Origin: Rhina ancylostomus
Lineage: Eukaryota
Direction of reading: 5' to 3'
Length of the DNA stretch: 64,000 nt
Assembly: GCA_030265395.1 (NCBI GenBank)
Contig: JARFYF010000052.1
Coordinates: 60,676,429-60,740,428, forward strand
Shown piece after piece: positions 54,590 to 64,000 of the stretch (position 1 is the stretch's first letter; every line of letters starts with the position of its first letter). The translations under genes were made by a program, and so were the position numbers. The notes beneath the pieces are model-generated. The model was not told where the DNA came from. It saw nothing but the letters and a program-made list of their open reading frames with translations, and did not search any database.

Positions 54590-54965
54590 TCACTTTAATT
54601 TGCCTTACTGACCTTGGGGGAGGATAGCATGGATTTATCAGAATGGACCCAGGGGTTAAGTTGAACTGGGAGTTTACATGTAATAGGATAATTTTTCTGG
54701 AATTTACAAGTTCAAAGGATGATTTGATTGGAGTTTTCAGTTTATTAAATATAGGATGGAGAGAAAAGGAAACTATTTCTGTTGGTTGGCAACTCTGGGA
54801 CTAGAGACCATTTCCTAAAAATTAGAGACAGATCTTTCAGGTTTGTTAGAAACATTTCTCACTAAGGATGGTGGAGACTTAGAACATTTCTTCAAATAGT
54901 AATTAATACCAGTACAGTTGTTAATTTAAATCTGTGATTGATAGCTTGTAACCAAAGGTATAATG
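54590..54965 (+). mobile_element. Decayed CR1 LINE 3' fragment
   Basis: ggatgatttgattggagttttc, gggactagagaccatttcctaaaaattagag. Confidence 0.65.
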
Positions 54966-56179
54966 TTAAACTGCCAAGCAAATTTTAAAAAAATGTAATA
55001 CTGGTTTAGTCCCACTATACCTGTATTCTTGAATAGTTCATTGGAAAATGCCTTGCATTAATAACTAACATTTTCTTTATATATTTCCTTAACTTGCTCC
55101 AGCCCTATACCATTCCTTCTGTTTTTCCTCAATTCTTGCTTCCTCTGCATTATTGGTTTCTTCTTCACCCACTAGCTATCCTCTCCTGCCATAGGTGATA
55201 AGATGATCCATTATCATACTGCTCAGTCACACTTCTGGTTAAATTTACACAATGTTATTTTCGAATGGTTTTACGGAAGGAAAGAGGGGTGCAGTATCTA
55301 GTGGAGAGCAAAGAACCAGAAAAGGTTTCCTCCTGTCTCCTTCAGCTCTCTCACCCATTACTTTAAATTTGCATAATGGATGTGCATAATCCTACACTGA
55401 GAATAATATATCGAGGTTAAGTAAGGAAATATTGTTAAATCAATCCGATAAAAACATTTTTCTCCCTAACCTTTACTGATGATAACCAAACCAGCTGCTA
55501 AAATCTTTTTTTAAAAAAAAACTAGTGTTTTTATTCCTTCATCTTGTTTTGGGCAGCAGTTGGATCTACTTGGGACATTAAGAACTCACTGGAGAGACAA
55601 AGCAGTATATCAATATTTCACAGATTCGTATATTTATAAAATCTTGAGCAATTTGAAAATTTGATTGTCAGCAAAACTTACTGAAGTTACATTTTTTCTA
55701 TTCATTGAGTGGCCAGCAAAGGGTAAAGACAATTCAAAGCTACTGTTGAACTCACGAAGAACCCAAACAGGCTGGCTGCTAAATAATTTATTTTGTGCTC
55801 CACACTTTGTATTCATTTCATGTTATTGGGATATTTAGATATTCTGTTTAGATGTAGTCAGAATTCTATGCAAAAATTCATGGACAAAGATTTGAGGTTT
55901 GCAGAATATTGAAAATCCTGCCTTTTATGCACATTAGTGCCCATGGTCACAGTGAACATTTTGGATATTGAGAACAGATTGCTTCAAAACACTCTAGAAT
56001 ATCTGGCATCATGCATTATCCAAGTATTTGGCATCTTCCTTGTTTTTCTGTCACCATGCCATTTAATTTTTAGTATTTCTGGTGACAATAAATATCTTTT
56101 ATTTTTTTCTTAGCTGTAGTTAACTCTGGTATTATTTATATGGTTTTATTCTCACACAAATTCTTCCATCTTCCCTTAG

Positions 56180-56350
56180 CTAAACAATGATTCAACAACG
56201 TATGATGCTGTACCAAATCATGTGGATTCCCTGTTGCAGTCAAGGGACACGACAACCAGTGTGGTGTCTGAAGAAGCACCACTGCCTAGAGCTGAGACCC
56301 CAAATTTAGAGACACTTCTTCCAGATAGCGCTAACAACCAGCTGCCTGAG
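56180..56350 (+). CDS. FRYL: FRYL coding exon (LNNDSTTYDAVPNHVDSLLQS...ANNQLPE)
   Basis: ttcccttag| and GAG|gtggga; 171 nt, phase 0 to 0; divergent low-complexity region. Confidence 0.88.
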
Positions 56351-58857
56351 GTGGGAAACAATGTGGGTAGAAATATGGGTTGGTGCATGGCTGATTTGGG
56401 ATCTTTCTAATGCTGTTTATTTCTTGTATATTTCTGCACTGAAAGCTGATCTAAAATTGCAGTTTCATAGAACCATTGAAGTTTCAATATTTTTAACCTG
56501 TGGTAGTTTTTAGACAATATGTGTGTCATAAAATCCTTGAAGGATTCTAATTAGACACATGAACTGTCTGTACAGGTTAAAAAAACTTCTTTAATTTAAT
56601 CAACTTGTTTCGCACCTTTGCTGAGGTAAAGGAGAGCCTGCAGTTTCTTGTAGTTAATCCGATGGTCATCAAGGTGATGGGTTTTTTTCTAAGCAACTAA
56701 TTCTTTGAAAAAATAAATAATGGCTTTGTTGTGTTAATCTTTTCATGGCTTTGCATTATGCTGAATGATTGGGGTTGAGATTGTGGGTACTAGCCTCAGG
56801 CTTGCTGTGTTAGCACATCGTCTATGTCATCTGTCCTTAAAATGCCTGTGTAAAGACCTGTGGAATAAGGCTGGGACTAACTCTGATTTGTAAGTATTAA
56901 CATTACTTTTATATGACAGTTGGAATCTAACACAACTTTTATAATTTTTAATAGAAACCTTTTGTTAAATAGTGAAATTCCAGTCAAATGTATTGCTGTT
57001 AAGCATTTGGCTAAATGGATTTGCATTATCAAAGTTGGGGGTTGAAATGAGAATGGTTAAGTGTTTCTCATTTTTACACTTCCTAATGCATGAGTATTAA
57101 ACACAAGCTTAATAAAGTTAAGGTGAGGTTGCATCACTGTCTTGCGAAGACTGTCCTGGTTGGAGATGCAAGAAAATAATACTGGAGAATGTCAAATGTA
57201 TTTCTGTCTACTGTCTTCGCCTTTGAATTCAACACTTAGCCTTCCTGATTTTTGAATTTACTTGTGTATTTGATTTTATAAATTGTGTAACTGGTATATT
57301 AAGACTGATGTCTTGCCATAAGTTCCATTTGAGATGTACATTGATATTATATCACGGAATCATTATAGAGTCATAAAAAGATAAAGTCATGGAAACATGC
57401 CCTTTGGTCCACCAAGTCCACACTGGCCATCAACCATCTATTTATAATAATCCTATCCTAATTCCATTTTTTATGTTAATATAAACTCTAATGTGAAAGA
57501 TTGGTACATACACCAAGGGGTACTGATAAGAAGGAAGTTTGCTACTTTCTCTTGCTACTTTTTCTGCATGATTGTTGCATGAAGAAGCCCTATATAGCCA
57601 CATTACTTAGAGTTATAAAATATGAAAGCAGGGGCATTGAATTTTACTTTCGGATATTTTTTGTAAGTCTTCATTATTTGTTGCAAAGCTTTAGAAAAAG
57701 AAAACGCATTGCATCTATAATTAATGTATTTCCATCAATCTTTGACTAAAAGGTGACCAGCAGACTGTTTCTAGAATCAACCTGGTCCAAAAGCTTGTCT
57801 GAAGTACAAAAGTTGCATGACAGTAATAATAAGGATTTCAATTACCCACCAGTAATTAGGACAAGACCAGGTTGTGGAGGATGCAGAATTCTTAAGAGTC
57901 CAATTGAGAGAACTTTTAACTAGCAGGCCTAACAAGAAAGTGGGTGGTTACTGGACTAAGTTTTCGGAAATAGTAGAAGGTGGGTCAGCAGGAGAATATT
58001 TTTAATGCAGCAGACTTAATTCAGTTTGATTTAACATTATTGTGGAAAATGGTAGAAATAAACCAGTTCAAAAGGTTTTTTAAGCTGGGCTAAAGCCAAT
58101 TTTGCTAGGCTGAGATAGGATTCAGCGAAATAGACTGACAACAGCTTCTTGAAGGTCATTGGGGAGTGGGGTGGGGGGAGAGGATGGGTAGTTTAGACCA
58201 GATATGTCTAAGTGATGAAGTGGAACTGCATCCTCCAGATGGAGGCAGAAATCTTTTTCACATATAAATGTACCTGGATGAATACTGTCATCTACAAGGC
58301 CACAGACCAAGAGCAGGGAACTGGGATTAACTAAAGTAGACCCAATAGTTGGCATGGACATCATAAACCAAATGGCATGAATTGCAGTGATTCTGTAGGC
58401 AATTTTTAGGCATATTACTCTTTCAGGAGTATTTCCTCAGTTCAGAGGAAACACTTGTAATTTACTCACTATTGTCACATCTCCTCAGGAACTTAACTAA
58501 TCATGATTATCGGTATCACCAAGCTTCCTCATCCGGATTAAAGGACCTTGTATTTCTTTATTGTCTGACCTGTCTTTAAAAACAAAACTCCTGCAACATC
58601 AGTGTTTATATTGATTACTGTCAATTGGACCCCATTTGACTTCACAAAAACATAGGCCCAGCAGTATAACCATTACCAGAATTTAAAAAGGAAGATTTTA
58701 TGCTGCCTTTTACTTAAAGCCTTAAACTGCTTCCAAGCAGCATTAAGACTCCAGTTGTTAAAATGTTGTTTTAAAATGTACATTCAGAAAATATTACCAA
58801 ATTTTGATATGCAAGTCACATCCATTGCTGTATTTTTAGTTCTGTGTTTGATTACAG

Positions 58858-59066
58858 GATGTCACAGTGGCTGTGAAGGATGAACTGGCCAGCACTGTTA
58901 ATGAAGACACAGGTTCAGACATCAACCATGAATCCCAGAGGTTTCAAGAGTTTCTTGCTCCAGGGAGTTCACCAGAGTCCATCTGTGAAGAAGATGTCAC
59001 GCTTGCTCTTAAAGAGCTGGATGAGAGATGTGAAGAGGAGGAGGCAGATTTTTCAGGGCATTCAAG
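58858..59066 (+). CDS. FRYL: FRYL coding exon (DVTVAVKDEL...PESICEEDVTLALKELDERCEEEEADFSGHS)
   Basis: gattacag| and AAG|gtagtt; 209 nt, phase 0 to 2. Confidence 0.93.
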
Positions 59067-59789
59067 GTAGTTAAATCCATATTATTCATTTAATAAAATG
59101 AAAGAGGATATGAATTACTTTTTTCCAGCAAGTGTTCATCTTCATAATACTATTTTTGCTATCTGTTTTAAAAGGATTAAAATGATTGCTACTTCTTTAC
59201 AGGCACTTTGCAACATATGTACATTATTGAAGTCTTAATACTTGATAGGAATAGAAAAATAAATGCTGATCCCAAATAATTTTAAATTAAGGCAACATAA
59301 CATGTTGAAAAACAGAAAAAAAACTGCAGATACTTGAATTCTGAAATAAACAATATGCTGATCGTGCTCAGCTGGTCATGCAACATCTCTGTGGAGAAAC
59401 AATTAAAATTTCAAATTAATGAAAAGCTAGAAGAAAAGAGGTAGGAAAAAAAAGAAAAGATGGGGTGGAGACCAAGAAAGACTAAATGTTGCAAACATTG
59501 GTGGTGCTGGGTGTGAGAGGGTGAAGACTAGTTAATTACTTGTTGACTGGGGAGGATTTAAATATAAACATGGATGAGTAGAAGATAGGAAAATGAAACA
59601 TTGTTAGAATCATAGGATATCTGAAATAAAAGATTGTTGGAAACACCTAGTGGGTCAGGTTACATCTGTGGAGTGAAGAAAAACTGAGTTAATATTGCAG
59701 GTTGTTGGACTTGCCAATTCTGACGCAAACTGGAAAAGGCTGGTTATCTAAAATCTGCTTGGCACTACCCTGCCAAGTACTGATTCATA

Positions 59790-60920
59790 CTGAAGGAGGA
59801 AAAAGAGACGACCCTTACTTGAGTGGAAGTGGAGCAGACTTATGAAAACAAACCTGTAAGGGAAATACAGCAATGTCACACCTGTTTTAGTGTTGCATGC
59901 TGCCAAAGGGTATCGATAAAGAAGCAAGGAACAGATTCTACCTCATAACAAGATGGAGTGTGAGAGAGTACCACATCATGAGCTAACTATCATGAAAAAT
60001 CTGAATTCCAAGGTCAATAAGAGTAACGTAAATAACAGCAGGGAAGATATGCATGTGACATAATGAATTTAAAAAAGATATTTACTGATTTTTGCAATGT
60101 GAACAACCTAGTCNNNNNNNNNNNNNNNACATTATTTCAACATTGTGAAATTCACAAGTTGACAAAGTGTTCTCCACGTGGCAATGGTCAGAACCAGGTT
60201 GACCATATGATCTTCAAAGACAAATTGAGATGCTCTCTGATGAATATTAAGGTGAGAAGGGGAGAAGATGTTGGCAGCAGCCACTATTTATGACATCCTC
60301 CATCAAGCTAAGACTGAGAAGTTCAGTAAATAGTACAGCTAATAAAGCTGCTGCCTCACAGCTCCAGTAGCATTAGCCAGAATAGTGTAACAAGCCAAAG
60401 CACCCAGAACAGAGTCAACAAAGCCAGAAACGCATAAAGAACTTAAATATAGTGTGAGAATCATCACACTCCAACACTTGCACCAAACTGAAGGTTTATC
60501 ACAGCTGCATACTTTCAACATTGCACTATAGTGCAAAATGCAGGGGACCTGAGAGTATGATGTGTCCAAACTATCTTCAATTCATCCAACCCACCTTGAA
60601 AAAATCCTCCATATATTTGGCCCAGAACCACCTCAGATTGAAATCATCTTGTAGTGCAGCCAGGAAGATATGATCACCATCATTACCATAGACATTGGAG
60701 ATGGATTGGCTATGTGCATTGGATGGAAGCCTATTCCATCAATCGAAGCACGTATAAAATGGTTAAATGAAGGCAAGTGAAAATGAGGCTACTCGAAAAT
60801 AACATTGCCAAGAACTATATGGGACATTGCTGAGGAAACATTGAAAGATCTGCCAAAAACGGAGTGGAAGAGTGTTATCATGGGCCTAAACACAAAAAGG
60901 CATAATGAGCGGTAAGTAAC
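59790..60920 (+). mobile_element. RTE-clade LINE remnant (APE endonuclease and C-terminus, internally deleted)
   Basis: ORF 60063..60293 TLFQHCEIHKLTKCSPRGNGQNQVDHM...VRRGEDVGSSHYL; later HWRWIGYVHWM. Confidence 0.82.
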
Positions 60921-61159
60921 TATGTTTTACATTATAGAGGTAACTAGATTAAAACAAAAAACCCAGGCTGCAGATGCAAATCCAATTTAAATTGATGATT
61001 CTTGTACTATTTCTGATTTGAAAACAAGACTGTTTAGATCTCTTCTCGCCATGAGGATTTCAAAAGTATGGAATACCTTCTTCCCATCGTCTTTTTGTCC
61101 AACGAGGCTCAGTACATGGACCTCTGGCTATTGTCGCATACATTAATGATTTATAGACT

Positions 61160-61830
61160 CAAAAGGAGGGACGTGATATAGAAATTTGCATGTTGAAGCA
61201 ATTTGCATGTGATACAAAAATTGACGGTGTAGTTGACAGAGGAGGAAAGCTTTTGATATCAGGATAATGATAGTCCAGTTCGATTGAGCAGAAAAATAGC
61301 AAATGAAATTTAATCAGAGAAGTGTGGAGGAGCAGATTGACACTGGAGTGTATGTCCACAGATCTTTAAAGGTTGGAGGGCAGGTTAATGATTTGGTCAA
61401 AGGTCATATGGAATGCTTTCCTTTATGAACTGGAGCACAGAATATAAGATTTCTAAAATTATATGCAATATTTGTTAGGCCACAGTTTGGGTATTGTGCT
61501 CAGCTCCAGTCGCCACATTATAAGAAGGATTGCACTGAATGGAGATTTACAAGGTTGGAAATTTTTAGCTTTCTGGTAAGATTAGATAGGCTGGAATTGT
61601 TTACTTTGGAACATTGGAGGCCAAGGAAAGACTTAACTGAGATGTATAAAAATTACCTGAGGCCTGGATAGGATAAATAAGAAGGACATATTTCCCTTAA
61701 TTAACTGAGGAGTCAGAAACCAGGAGTTATAGATTTAAAGTATTGTGTAGAATGATTAGAGGAAAAATCAAATCACCTGGAGGGTAGTAGGAATCTGTAA
61801 CTCACTGCCTAAAACGGTGGTAGAGACAAT
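61160..61830 (+). mobile_element. CR1 LINE 3' fragment
   Basis: KFACDTKIDG, gttaggccacagtttgggtattgtgctcag (VRPQFGYCAQ), gacttaactgagatgtataaaa. Confidence 0.85.
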
Positions 61831-63881
61831 GGTAGGGTTTTGGGAAAATTTGTGCTATATGAATTGCAAATTTGCTGAGTTTTCGTTGTATTCCCTGCTT
61901 AGCTGTGTCTAAAATATGGCTATTCACTTTGTTTCATTTGGTATCCTTTCATCCTTGATATGTCCAAAACAGCCCTGCTGAAATTTATTATGAAATTGGT
62001 GCATCCTTTAGATGAGAAGGCATAACATTTGTCAAGAGAATTCTGAAAGGCTTTTTAGGAGAAATTCAGCCAGTTTTGAATGAAGCTCACATCATTTTTT
62101 CAGTAGTTTTGTGGCCCTGCATTAAATTGACTGATGGGAGTTGGCAGTGTCATTGGTTTGCACTGAAATCAATCATTGTTATTATTTTGTTCATTTATTT
62201 AACCATGGCAATTTTTAAAATCCATTTTTTGTATTAAATACAGAAGACACATTACAGCAAGAGATAACTTTCTCTTTCTGAGTTAGAAGAAGTCGTATAT
62301 CATCTTACAGGAAAAAAATGGATTACCATGAGATGCTGAGGAACTTCACAAATGTGAAACCTATAAAATTGATTGAGCTTGTAAATGGACATCCTTTGAT
62401 GCATCCAACTTCTTGAACTAGACCATACTCAAGTTAATTAAAATTACTGTCTAGGACTACAAAAGGTCTTTTGCCTTTTGCAGGAGAAAGTGTTTTACAT
62501 ACTGCATACATCTACCACTGTGTTAATCTGCCTGCTAATGAACTGTAAATGTTCAGCTGCATTTCAAATGAAGTACTGCTTTACATTAATCGGATTGTTG
62601 TCTGCACTAAGTAGAAATAGTCACAGATATATTTATTCTGCTTGTTTTGTAAGAATTTTCAGTAAATTTGAACAGTGAGTATACTATTTACAGTTTATGA
62701 TTTTCTAGAGTGTGTAAATTTGTTTCATTTTCCATTTTTCTTTGTAATGAAAATACATCGGAGAATTGCACATTATGTTGGCATTTTATTCACTTAACCC
62801 AAAAGTTTTAAAATAGTGAGCCTGATTTGAGAATAATCAGTTCATTAATTGTATTGATTGTAAAAGATTCTGTGAACTAATATTTAATTTCTGATTAAAT
62901 ATAAAAGAAGAATTTTGCGCCAGATAAAATTTGTTTGGACTGAAGTGAAAATGGTATCATTGCTCCTTGCAGTATGCCTTTAAGAATGTCAGTTGTGTTT
63001 CTGCCTGAAACAAAAAAACAGAACAGAATCTGAGAATACTCTGGCATTTCCACCGTTGTTTGCACGTTTCAAATAATATTTGACAATTATCATTAATCTT
63101 CAGAAGTTGCTTGATTCTAAATGTACTAAGGAAAAAGCTACAAAAGGAAATCCATATTCAAAGGATTCATAAATAATCACAAGCTGTTAAGCTGTATTCA
63201 AAAATTAGGAAATGTATCCCATTTGTATTTATATCTGTCATATTTTAAAACTCCTGAATCTCAGTACTGTTTTCTTTTAAGCTGGGCATGTGGGCAGGTT
63301 TGAATAATGGACTGCTTTATGACTCCTGTCAATATTATGAGATGGCTAAGTCTTGGTCAAGGCAGGATTATTGTTTTATTATTGTGCTAAAATGTGGGCT
63401 CAAGTTAGGTTTTAAGTTGATCACTGCTTTTAATTAAATATTCTTCTGGTTTTTATTTACAGTATTTGCCAGCAGTGAAATCTGTTTATTAGCTTTTTTT
63501 TGAGTTATACCTTTATTGTGCTGCTATTTTCCAACAAAACAGTCCAAGTTTTAGGAAAGCATCGTTGCCCAATGTAAGCCTCTTTTAGTTTTAGTATATC
63601 TTTTGATACTTTAACAAAATGTTTTCTTGAATGGTGTATGTTGTACAGTATCACAAAGGGAGGGAAAAATTGTTCTTTAGAGTTGAAATATTGAAGAAAA
63701 TATACTTTCAGGAACATATTGTTTCCAGTGCAATAATAAAATATATTGTAACAATGCTTTGGGAATGTAACAAGGCATCAGTGAAAATTTAAATGAACCA
63801 TCATCTGAAATAAATAGAATGTAGATTTCTGCCTACTTAATTTAGTACCTTTACATTGTGCACCCTCTGTTTCATTTTCAG

Positions 63882-64000
63882 TCAAGATGAGGGAGATCAG
63901 GAAGGATATACTGAGATCCAAATCTTACAACCACCATCACCCTTCCTCTCTGCTATCTTGGCTGCTTTCCAACCAGTGGCTTATGAGGATGAGGAGGAAG
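63882..64000 (+). CDS. FRYL: FRYL coding exon, truncated by window end (QDEGDQEGYTEIQILQPPSPFLSAILAAFQPVAYEDEEE)
   Basis: ttcattttcag|; phase 2 matches the previous exon; PSPFLSAILAAFQP motif. Confidence 0.94.

Overview
Vertebrate genomic DNA from a gappy draft assembly. The repeat families (HE1/V-SINE-like, Deu-domain SINE, CR1, Penelope) point to a cartilaginous fish (shark or ray). The whole window lies inside one + strand gene, FRYL (furry homolog-like). I reconstructed 30 consecutive coding exons (2948 to the window end, 5027 nt). All introns are GT-AG, phases agree at every junction, and the frame stays open; about half of these exons are missed by the ORF track. The gene's start and end lie outside the window. 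Introns are filled with decayed CR1, RTE, L2/CR1-like, Penelope (GIY-YIG), SINE and probable Harbinger remnants. The best non-obvious signals are: a 9-nt in-frame microexon (GAG CTG CAG, ELQ, 52487-52495) with neural SRRM3/4-type architecture; a ~180-nt near-perfect intronic hairpin (12374-12554); degenerate hammerhead-ribozyme cores in Penelope tails; inverted Penelope tails flanking one exon; and a locally templated inverted insertion inside a repeat. I found no evidence for a wholly new biological system. Homology calls come from recalled family knowledge, not from a search, and repeat boundaries are approximate.
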